24,000 bases of DNA from an archaeon HR01 (lineage in GTDB: Archaea; Thermoproteota; Nitrososphaeria_A; Caldarchaeales; Caldarchaeaceae): contig BEHD01000013.1 of NCBI GenBank assembly GCA_002898355.1, forward strand, positions 39,424 to 63,423, given 5' to 3'. Positions 16,246-23,852 of the stretch are shown piece by piece. A program made the translations under genes and the position numbers. The notes under the pieces are model-generated. The model had not been told where the DNA came from and made no database searches. It saw only the letters and a program-made list of their open reading frames with translations. Each line of letters opens with the position of its first letter. The stretch's first letter is position 1.

Positions 16246-17244
16246 CTAGCGTCGCAGCTCTTTCAACAGTTCCCTGCCCAAGTCCGAGGTTGTTCTCCCC
16301 GTAAGTTTCTCTCTGGCTTTGGTGGGTTTGAGGCTTCTCCAGAAGTAGATGATGGCTGCGGCTAAGAATCCCAGGAAGGCCGACGTAGCTGGCAGGGTGC
16401 CGAAAGACCATAGTAGAGCCGCCATCAAAACCCCCGCTATAATATGCGCTGCCCCCATTCCTGCATAGCTTGCCTTCTCCAGAATGTCGGGCGGATAGGT
16501 TGCCTCAACCACCCTTGACGACGATGCGTCTATCAGGGCCCTGTACTGCCGGCCCTTAAAAATGTATACCACCTCCCAGACAGGGACGTAGACAAGTACG
16601 AGGTCTGATATCTTGATTTCATCGTTTCTTGATGTGACCTCGACGACCTCTCTTCCTATCATCTTGGTCAGCTCCGAGGCCGCAATCTCCCTAAACATTT
16701 TTTCAGCCTCATCCCTTGTAACTGTTGCACCATGTAGTACGCCACCTTTCTGCTTAACGTATTCGTGGCTGAAGTAGAGCCTGCCTCTGGAGACCGCCGT
16801 CATCTCATCAATCTTTATCTCTGGGGAGGCTGGTATGGCTGCCTCGATGTATTTCTCGAATACGCCAGATTCCTGCTTTGTGATTGTTCTTACTGTTCGA
16901 TATCCTCCCATTTCCGGGTTTCCGTATTCCAAGTCTTCTCCCACCCCCGTGAATGATGTCTTCGCCTCAACCGTGGCGGTCCAGAAGGGTAGGAAGTGGA
17001 GCTTCACATCCTTGAGTATGATGTTGAAGGGCAGCGACTCCTCATAACCTGTCTGCTTCTTCACCCATAGAAGGAAGTTCTCTATCGCCCTGCTGCTATC
17101 GTAGTGGACCGGCAGCACGTATCTCTGCTCGTCTTGGAAGGTTTTGAAGGAGAAGCCGCAGTACCTGCATTTTATCGCCACATCACCCTCCCTCACCTCG
17201 TGGAGTGCGCCGCAGTTGGGGCATTGGTATTCTGTGTTGGTCAT
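16246..17244 (-). CDS. Zn-ribbon / soluble domain / C-terminal 2-TM protein, paralog B
   Basis: 332 aa. The ribbon is YQCPNCGALHEV..IKCRYCGF. The motifs LPFW and LVYVPVWEVVYIFKGRQYRALID are present. The C-terminal helices are ASYAGMGAAHIIAGVLMAALLWSF and ATSAFLGFLAAAIIYFW. The ATG lies 1 nt after the upstream stop. Confidence 0.7.
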   Translation of the reverse strand: MTNTEYQCPNCGALHEVREGDVAIKCRYCGFSFKTFQDEQRYVLPVHYDSSRAIENFLLWVKKQTGYEESLPFNIILKDVKLHFLPFWTATVEAKTSFTGVGEDLEYGNPEMGGYRTVRTITKQESGVFEKYIEAAIPASPEIKIDEMTAVSRGRLYFSHEYVKQKGGVLHGATVTRDEAEKMFREIAASELTKMIGREVVEVTSRNDEIKISDLVLVYVPVWEVVYIFKGRQYRALIDASSSRVVEATYPPDILEKASYAGMGAAHIIAGVLMAALLWSFGTLPATSAFLGFLAAAIIYFWRSLKPTKAREKLTGRTTSDLGRELLKELRR

Positions 17245-17245
17245 T

Positions 17246-18247
17246 TCAGGCCACCACCATCAAATCCCTTTCCTCACCGGCCTTCATCAGCCTCTGCTCC
17301 TGAGACGCCGTATATGCACCTACGGCTCCCGCTATCATCGAGGCCACTGGAGGGCCGGCTACTATGGCCAGCTTGAGCTCGTCCGGTATTTCCTCTATCC
17401 AAATCAATGGCTGGAGCGCTACAGTGGCTAGGGAGATGGCTAGGATGGCGGCCGCTGCTGCGATGGATCTCACCGCCCTACCTTTCATGGTTAACGGTAG
17501 CTCGGCCATGAGGGGCTTGACAGAGCCTCTGACGCCGTCAAATGAGAGCCTGTAGGATTTTCCAGCCGACTCGTAGCGGGCTTCGACGATAGGATAGAGT
17601 ACAAGCAAAGCCGTTGACTGGGTAGCCTCAGTATAGCAGTCGAAGACCTTGGTGGCCATAGCCTCAACCCTCCTCCTATGCTCTTCGGCGGCTCTTGTCT
17701 TCGCAGCCTCCACAGCCTCTTTCATGTCAAGCTCGGAGCCTATGGCGGCCCAACCCTTCAACATCTGCGGGTTGATTGGCTGAGACTCCGTCCGCCGTCT
17801 CAGGACACTGTTCTTCACCAGTCCCAGGCCGAAAACGGATTCAAACCTTCTCCCGTAAACCGCCACCGCTACCTTCTCTCTAATGACTCCTTTAACAGGA
17901 ATGTACACGGTGTAGGTGGTTGTCCTTCTTCCGGTAGTCTTGGTTCTAATCTCCCTTCTATAGCCGTTATATCTAGTGCTGACATCCATCTCCACCACCC
18001 AGAAGGGAACCATGACCGCTCTTACCTCCCTAACCGATGCATCACCTACTCGAGACCTGACGAAAGAATCTACTGCCGTCCTGACAGCTCCCCAGTCTTC
18101 ACACTCAATCATCAAAGGCTTGACCTGAACCCCCTCAAGAGTCGTGGCCAGCCCGCAGTAGTTACAGATCAGAACCACTGTATCGGGTGAGAGCTCTATT
18201 GGCGCACCGCAGTTGGGGCATTTTCCCGCCAGCCCTTCCCTCTCCAT
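17246..18247 (-). CDS. Zn-ribbon / soluble domain / C-terminal 2-TM protein, paralog A
   Basis: 333 aa. The ribbon is GKCPNCGAPIEL..LICNYCGL. The motifs VPFW and LVLYPIVEARYESAGKSYRLSFD are present. The C-terminal helices are AVRSIAAAAAILAISLATVAL and LKLAIVAGPPVASMIAGAVGAY. Confidence 0.7.
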   Translation of the reverse strand: MEREGLAGKCPNCGAPIELSPDTVVLICNYCGLATTLEGVQVKPLMIECEDWGAVRTAVDSFVRSRVGDASVREVRAVMVPFWVVEMDVSTRYNGYRREIRTKTTGRRTTTYTVYIPVKGVIREKVAVAVYGRRFESVFGLGLVKNSVLRRRTESQPINPQMLKGWAAIGSELDMKEAVEAAKTRAAEEHRRRVEAMATKVFDCYTEATQSTALLVLYPIVEARYESAGKSYRLSFDGVRGSVKPLMAELPLTMKGRAVRSIAAAAAILAISLATVALQPLIWIEEIPDELKLAIVAGPPVASMIAGAVGAYTASQEQRLMKAGEERDLMVVA

Positions 18248-18271
18248 ATTGGCATGACATAAATCCGGCTG

Positions 18272-18280
18272 TTAATAATG
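18272..18280 (-). promoter_or_regulatory. TATA-like box upstream of the first cluster gene
   Basis: The minus strand reads cattattaa, centred about 29 nt upstream of ATG 18247. This would give a leaderless or very short-leader mRNA. Confidence 0.3.
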
Positions 18281-18309
18281 TATGTGCTTAGAGCTGGATA
18301 GGCTTAGAG

Positions 18310-18912
18310 TCACCGGGGCGATATATCATTCCTAATCCTCTTCAAAGCTATCCCTCTCGCAGTACCTTCAACATATCTCGATGTAAGCTCTATCTCCTCA
18401 AGCCACTTGATGCTCTGATAGCAGTGCTGCCGTGGGAAAACAAGCCTCAAGGGCCCCCCATGCTCGTGGGCCAGCACCTCTCCACGATGTTTATAGGCTA
18501 CAACCATGTCACCTATCTCGGATAGGGGAAAACATTCGGAGTACTCCCCGGACTTGAAGACCACGTATCGTGCATCCGGCAGGGGGCCGGCCATCTCCAG
18601 CAAGGTGCCAACCCTGACACCGAGCCATTCCGTGTCGGGCACCACCCAACCCTCCAAACATCGGAAGTCAAAGGTGAGGGATGTTGGAGGAAACCGCATT
18701 ATCTCCTCCAAGGATAGCTCGAGGGTCTTCAAGACCTGGCCACAGATCTTCAGACGCCATCTACTGGCTGGTGGCTGTGATGCTGGGAATGTTGGGAGCC
18801 TTTCGAGAATATGGTCCATACACCGGTTAGATGTCACCGCCAGGATATATTTTTTATCGGCGGCTAGGCGCTCTATCCCTGAAAGACATGAATAGGGTCT
18901 GCTTCGAGACAT
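18310..18912 (-). CDS. Small molybdopterin-binding oxidoreductase-like protein (sulfite oxidase/YedY-fold Oxidored_molyb domain)
   Basis: WRLKICGQV..LELSLEEI..FP..SLTFDFRCLEGW..TEWLGVRVGTLLEMAG...VVAYKHRGEVLAHEHGGPLRLVFPRQHCYQSIKWLEEIEL follows the Oxidored_molyb domain pattern. The N-terminal start is uncertain, and I see no obvious signal peptide. Confidence 0.7.
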   Translation of the reverse strand: MSRSRPYSCLSGIERLAADKKYILAVTSNRCMDHILERLPTFPASQPPASRWRLKICGQVLKTLELSLEEIMRFPPTSLTFDFRCLEGWVVPDTEWLGVRVGTLLEMAGPLPDARYVVFKSGEYSECFPLSEIGDMVVAYKHRGEVLAHEHGGPLRLVFPRQHCYQSIKWLEEIELTSRYVEGTARGIALKRIRNDISPR

Positions 18913-18957
18913 CTCTCGTTAAAGGGGTTAAATTATGTTGGAGATTTCTCTCAGGCG

Positions 18958-20166
18958 ATGAGGGAGAGGTTATCAGCTGATAGGAGGGTTGCGATTCCCG
19001 GGATAGCTCTGGCTACTCTCACAGGGTTAGCTGGAGTCTTCCTAGGTGCTCTCTGGCTACTCTCCATCTCCAACCCCCAATTATCCACGGCATATGTTAT
19101 ACATCATCCTAAGCTGGTGTTGTATGGTTTTGTCTACACATTCATAGCCTCTGTCGCGTCAGTTCTTGTCCCAAGGTTCAGAGACATACCTCCGGAGCAG
19201 AATGTAAGACTTAGGCAGGTCTCTATTGTACTACTGGCTGGGGGTGTGGCCCTGTCCATCACTGTCTACCCTTTCAACCTTCTAGGGTATCTGTCTGCGT
19301 TCTCGGGAGCGCTGGTCTTGGCGGTTCACACTGCAAAGGTACTGGGCAGGCCTAAAGGATGGCTGGCCCCTGCTGATCCTTTGATTGTTCTCTCGATGGT
19401 TTTGATGGCTGTTGCCATAGCAGTCCACGGCTGGCTGGAGCTATCGGGGGTCAGCCCCTTCTTAAGGGAGGGGATGCTACAGCTCGCCCTTTACGGAGCC
19501 CCAGCCTCCATGATTTTCGGCATAGGCATCAAGACCGTACGCTTCCGGATTAACCCCACCATGAGGAGGGATCTATGGTGGATGCTCACACCCACCCAAC
19601 TTCTCACATCGTCCACAGCATTAGCTGCTATCGTAAGTGGCAGCCAGCCCCTCGAGACGCTATCATCCACGTTTTTCCTCGCCTCATCGGTTTTGTGGGT
19701 CTTCTCCGTTGATGCTTTTCGCCGAATTCCGAGCGGGCTGTGGATATCTAGGATGGATGAAAGGGATAGGGCTAGATACCTCTATTTTTCCATGCTCTAC
19801 GTCATCGCCTCAGCCTGGCTCCTAGCAGCCTCAACCCTAGGGCTACTGACCCCACTAAGCAGGTTAACATATCCGACGGCCTGGTATTATCTTAGAGACA
19901 GCTTCATACACTCATTTACTGTAGGCTTCATAGCCAACATGATACTGGCCTACTCACCGATAATTCTTCCAAGCCTTCTATCTGGCCGGACACCCTACAT
20001 CGGACTAAGCTATCTTCCCGCCATCATGCTGAACACGGGAAATATAGCGAGGATTGCATGGTTTCTCTCTGGGGCTTCACCGGAGACAATCATTACAGCA
20101 GGCATATCACTCCTGTATTTCTCCTCGATTGGTCTAACGTTAGCCATGATGCACAGGCTGCGTTAG
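18958..20166 (+). CDS. Polytopic membrane protein (about 12 TM), possibly NnrS-family
   Basis: 402 aa. The His-containing blocks VIHHPKLVLYGFVYTFIASVASVLVPRF and FIHSFTVGFIANMILAYSPIILPSLLSGR resemble the NnrS H-x-H-E-M-x-F-G and H-x-x-x-x-G...GR blocks as I recall them. This is a weak, motif-level call. Confidence 0.4.
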   Translation: MRERLSADRRVAIPGIALATLTGLAGVFLGALWLLSISNPQLSTAYVIHHPKLVLYGFVYTFIASVASVLVPRFRDIPPEQNVRLRQVSIVLLAGGVALSITVYPFNLLGYLSAFSGALVLAVHTAKVLGRPKGWLAPADPLIVLSMVLMAVAIAVHGWLELSGVSPFLREGMLQLALYGAPASMIFGIGIKTVRFRINPTMRRDLWWMLTPTQLLTSSTALAAIVSGSQPLETLSSTFFLASSVLWVFSVDAFRRIPSGLWISRMDERDRARYLYFSMLYVIASAWLLAASTLGLLTPLSRLTYPTAWYYLRDSFIHSFTVGFIANMILAYSPIILPSLLSGRTPYIGLSYLPAIMLNTGNIARIAWFLSGASPETIITAGISLLYFSSIGLTLAMMHRLR

Positions 20167-20185
20167 AGGGATGATTTTCCATCTA

Positions 20186-20722
20186 CTAGATTTCGTCTGC
20201 AAGCTCCTCAAGCCTGTGATGCTCCCCCTCACCCAACTCCCTCAACTCGACATCCTCATAACAACTATTCGTTCTCTCTCTATCCCCCTCATCGGCCACC
20301 TTCTCACCCATGGGGAAAAGAATGTCATTCTCTTTCGCTATATGCTGTCTTATCAGGTTGATATAGTCCTCACAGATATTAAGCACCTCATCCAACCCCC
20401 TACCCTCAGCAAAGTACATCTCTGCGGCTTTCTCTAAACGCCCTATCAGCTGGCGGCCTATCTCATGCTCATACAACATCACCCCAATGGGCCCACCTTC
20501 ACGAGGTATACCCCTCCTCTCCAAGCATGGGAAAAGACATCTCTCTTCCTTACCATGATGACATCTATCCGTAAAAAGTTTCGCAAACTCGATAAACTTC
20601 TCCAGACTCTCTCGTTCTATGTTATTCGTCCGCCTCCATTCCGCCACCCTAGTCTCAAGCCTGTCAACAACCCTTAGGATAACATCATGGTCTCTCGCAA
20701 GGGAATATGTTAAACCCTCCAT
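20186..20722 (-). CDS. Hemerythrin-like (HHE cation-binding) domain protein, COG3945-type
   Basis: DHDVILRVVDRLE...FTDRCHHGKEERCLFPCLERRGIP..GGPIGVMLYEHEIGR...IRQHIAKENDILFP. The H/HH/E/H/E spacing is typical of hemerythrin-like di-iron domains. Confidence 0.75.
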   Translation of the reverse strand: MEGLTYSLARDHDVILRVVDRLETRVAEWRRTNNIERESLEKFIEFAKLFTDRCHHGKEERCLFPCLERRGIPREGGPIGVMLYEHEIGRQLIGRLEKAAEMYFAEGRGLDEVLNICEDYINLIRQHIAKENDILFPMGEKVADEGDRERTNSCYEDVELRELGEGEHHRLEELADEI

Positions 20723-20821
20723 GCCAACAGCCTGTCAAGCTCAGTATTAGGTTTTAATGATGTAATATCCGGAACCTACTTCATGGGAAAGGTGATTAAT
20801 CTCCTAAACGGTGAATAATTC

Positions 20822-21238
20822 ATGGAATATAGATGGGTGTTTTTCGTTCTCTTGACACTTCTGGTCTGGGGTTGCTGGGGTTTTCTTACTCGTGTGGCTG
20901 CCGCATCTCTTGGCTGGCGTGACACGACCGCTATTGCGGCCATAGGAAACATGATTGCGGCAGTATCCTTTATCATGTTATCGAGGGCAGAGCTGGCCCC
21001 CCAGTCTCCATCATGGTTTGCAGCATTGTCTGCTGGTGTGCTAGGCTTTCTCGGAGCCCTCACATTCTACGTCGCCGTAGACCAGAACCCATCCAGCTTG
21101 GTCATAGTAGCCACCTCCCTCTACCCAATCATAACCATCATATTGTCAGTGCTACTGCTGGGTGAGAACATGTCAGTGAGGCAGATGGTAGGAGTTGCCT
21201 TCGCCATCCTAGCCCTCATCCTGATTTCTGGCAGATAG
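20822..21238 (+). CDS. Half-size EamA/DMT-family membrane protein
   Basis: 138 aa with 4-5 TM helices. The C-terminal block LYPIITIILSVLLLGENMSVRQMVGVAFAILALILIS is typical of a single EamA domain. GGTGA lies 9 nt upstream of the ATG. Confidence 0.6.
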   Translation: MEYRWVFFVLLTLLVWGCWGFLTRVAAASLGWRDTTAIAAIGNMIAAVSFIMLSRAELAPQSPSWFAALSAGVLGFLGALTFYVAVDQNPSSLVIVATSLYPIITIILSVLLLGENMSVRQMVGVAFAILALILISGR

Positions 21239-21331
21239 CCGTGTAACGGTTTTCAGCCAATATTGCTAAAGATTTGGCGGCCCCGGATGAATCATAAAAA
21301 GATTTATAGGTCTAAACCGAGTTAGAAGGTA

Positions 21332-21997
21332 ATGCTTGTGGTTCCACCTCTCCATGAGTGGGGCTACACTGCCATCCTCCTCGCCTGGGTTCTCTTCACA
21401 GCCCTCATACTGACTAGGTGGACATACAACGTGATGAGGGGCAGAGGCCTTGAACATAACGTGGCGGTCTATTACAACAGGAAATTGATTCACGTCCTAG
21501 CAGGTGCCACAGTAGCTCTTGCAACACCGTTCGTCTTCACCTCATACCTTCCCATAGCAGTTATGGTAATCATCCTAGCTGTCGGGAACTACATACCCCA
21601 CAGAACGGGAAAACTAATGCACTGGTATCAGGTGGCTGAGAACATGTATGAGGTGAACTTCATCATCATGTGGGGGATTATCATGGGGATAGGGTTCCTG
21701 CTGGGAAATATCCTGCTTAGCATAGTGGCGATAATGTTTATGGCCGTAGGTGACGGTGTGACAGGGCTGGTCCGCAACCTACTATATCGGCGACGGACAA
21801 AAGCGTTTGCGGGGAACCTGGCCATGATGGCTTTCTGCATACCCGCAGGTTTTATGGCCTTCGGCTTTGCTGGAGCTGTTGGAGGGCTTCTGGCATCGCT
21901 GGTGGAGAAGTTCGAATTCGGCCCCATAGACGACAACATAACCGTCCCCACAGTCGGTCTAGCCTCAATCCTGCTACTCCACCCAATCCTACCGTAG
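21332..21997 (+). CDS. Polytopic membrane protein, CTP-dependent polyprenol (dolichol/phytol) kinase / CdsA-superfamily-like
   Basis: 221 aa. NRKLIHVLAGA and AVGDGVTGLVR...RRRTKAFAGNLAM resemble the RK..H..G and GD..A...G...K..EG blocks of dolichol-kinase-like proteins. The TATA-like gatttatagg lies about 30 nt upstream. Confidence 0.45.
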   Translation: MLVVPPLHEWGYTAILLAWVLFTALILTRWTYNVMRGRGLEHNVAVYYNRKLIHVLAGATVALATPFVFTSYLPIAVMVIILAVGNYIPHRTGKLMHWYQVAENMYEVNFIIMWGIIMGIGFLLGNILLSIVAIMFMAVGDGVTGLVRNLLYRRRTKAFAGNLAMMAFCIPAGFMAFGFAGAVGGLLASLVEKFEFGPIDDNITVPTVGLASILLLHPILP

Positions 21998-22025
21998 CAG
22001 ATGCAAATATTTAGAAAAAACTTTT

Positions 22026-23123
22026 TTGATAGTGAACATATGTAAAAATGTGGATGCAATACTCCGCTACTTCGGTGTCCACATCATAACCTCCCGGCAA
22101 ACTATAGAGAGAACCCTCCAGCTCACCACGTTTGTCGACAGGCTCTCCTACGACCATGTAAGAGTGGGCGACCACATCCTCATACCCGACACCGGAGCCG
22201 TGTACCCCAACGCCCACACAATCCTAAGCGCCATGGCCGTCCTCACAAAAAGAGTCAGACTCTCGACAGCTGTCACCGACAGCTATAGACGGCATCCAGC
22301 CGAGATAGCACAGGCGGTAGCGACCCTCGACGTGTTGACCTCGGGGAGGGCGATGTTGGGGATAGGGGCAGGTGAAGTGATGAACCTGGAGCCGTTTGGA
22401 ATCGAGTGGGTCTCACCGGTTAGAAGGCTCAGAGAGGCTGTGGAGGTTATTAGACTTCTATGGTCAGCGACACCGGATAAACCCGCAACATACAGGGGGA
22501 GAATCTTCCAGCTCAGAGACGCCTTCCTACAGGTCAGCCCACTCCAGAAGCCTACACCACCGATATACATAGGTGCCGCAGGACCTAAGACTCGTGAACT
22601 GGCGGGGATGATAGGCGACGGCTGGCTTCCAGTAGCCGTTGAAACCCCAAAAACACTGAAGAGACATCTGGAGGATGTGGAGAAAGGTGCGGAAAGGTCA
22701 GGTAGAAGGGCTGACGAGCTAGATATCGATGTCACAGTATATACGGCCATCAGCGACGATTTTGAAGAATCCTACCAATGCGTGGCGCCGTCGGTGAAGG
22801 GGGTGCTAGTCCAGCAGAGAGAGGTGCTGAAGGAGCTCACCGGTATAGAGATCCCCGAAAGCTTATCCCTTCAGAGGATGGACCCAACGGATAGGAGCAG
22901 CCTCGAAGCAATGAATGAGCTTGCTGGGAAAATCCCAAGGTCCGTTGTTGAGGAGGTTGCGGCATTCGGAAGCCCTGACTCATGCATCAAGAAGCTGGAA
23001 GAATTCCTAAAAAGCGGGGCTACAAGCATCACAATATGCAACCTTAGTCCGGAACCAGAAAAAACCTTCCGCATATACTCGGAGAAGATAATCCCGTACA
23101 TGAGGGAGATTTATAGTGGATAA
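22026..23123 (+). CDS. Luciferase-like (LLM class) flavin/F420-dependent oxidoreductase
   Basis: FGVHI...DRLSYDHVRVGDHIL...LSAMAVLTKRVRLSTAVTDSYRRHPAEIAQAVATLDVLTSGRAMLGIGAGE is the canonical LLM N-terminal half. The start is ambiguous between TTG 22026, GTG 22032 and GTG 22050. Confidence 0.75.
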   Translation: MIVNICKNVDAILRYFGVHIITSRQTIERTLQLTTFVDRLSYDHVRVGDHILIPDTGAVYPNAHTILSAMAVLTKRVRLSTAVTDSYRRHPAEIAQAVATLDVLTSGRAMLGIGAGEVMNLEPFGIEWVSPVRRLREAVEVIRLLWSATPDKPATYRGRIFQLRDAFLQVSPLQKPTPPIYIGAAGPKTRELAGMIGDGWLPVAVETPKTLKRHLEDVEKGAERSGRRADELDIDVTVYTAISDDFEESYQCVAPSVKGVLVQQREVLKELTGIEIPESLSLQRMDPTDRSSLEAMNELAGKIPRSVVEEVAAFGSPDSCIKKLEEFLKSGATSITICNLSPEPEKTFRIYSEKIIPYMREIYSG

Positions 23124-23152
23124 CATCTGGGTGGAGGCCTTGTACATATTCA

Positions 23153-23830
23153 CTATATACGACCATCCCATTCCCTTTTCACTACAAGCGGTATCAGAGA
23201 TGATATGATAGCTGTAATCATTATTACTTGTATAGTCACAACTCGAATGGTATCCGTTATGGGTAGTTGATATGTTAGGCTAGCGAGGACCGCCGCGGCT
23301 AATCCTCTAGAGCATAGCAGTGTCATGAGGATTCTTTCCTTCCTAGTGATTTTGGCTCCAAAGCTTGCCACGTAAATCATAAGATATCTGGCCAGAAGTA
23401 GTAGAGCGACAATAGCGATGCTGAGGAGAAACATCAATATGTTGGGAAGGTGGAACATCATGCCTAGCAAAGCGAAGAAATATGTCTTCATCAAAAAAGC
23501 AATCTGGGCGTGGAACTTTTTATCTGCGAACCCGCTGAATAAGGGGTTTTGAAAACCCCTCGTTCTGCTCTCCGATAGGAGCCCTGAACCGTTGAGGGCC
23601 TGGTTTATCTGCTGCATATTGCCGAGAACGAGGCCGAAAGCGAAAACGCTTACCACACCATTCCCACCAAACTGTTCTGCTAGACCATAAACCATTATGA
23701 CAATACCTAGGGTGAAGGCGTCTACGAAAAGCTTCTGATGTATCTTTCTGAATATATGCGTGAAGAGAAAGGCGAATAAGACGCCTACTATAATGCCGAT
23801 GATTAGAGAGCCCACGACCTCGCGGGCCAC
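23153..23830 (-). CDS. Cation:proton antiporter (CPA1/NhaP-like), C-terminal-half-sized ORF; may be truncated
   Basis: 225 aa with about 6 TM helices. LAEQFGGNGVVSVFAFGLVLGN and LLCSRGLAAAVLASL resemble the second half of Na+/H+ exchangers. The reading frame is closed by a stop 66 nt upstream of the GTG start, and no N-terminal half is adjacent. Confidence 0.5.
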   Translation of the reverse strand: MAREVVGSLIIGIIVGVLFAFLFTHIFRKIHQKLFVDAFTLGIVIMVYGLAEQFGGNGVVSVFAFGLVLGNMQQINQALNGSGLLSESRTRGFQNPLFSGFADKKFHAQIAFLMKTYFFALLGMMFHLPNILMFLLSIAIVALLLLARYLMIYVASFGAKITRKERILMTLLCSRGLAAAVLASLTYQLPITDTIRVVTIQVIMITAIISSLIPLVVKREWDGRI

Positions 23831-23852
23831 GCCAGTTAAGTTAAGCGCCGTC

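Noticed and set aside
14042-18300. Idea that the cluster next to the tRNA is an integrated element using tRNA-Gly as its att site
   Set aside because: There is no integrase or recombinase ORF in the window. By eye I found no second copy of the tRNA 3' half (gatttgaaccc / gggttcaaatc) elsewhere in the window. A computational repeat search would be needed to be sure.
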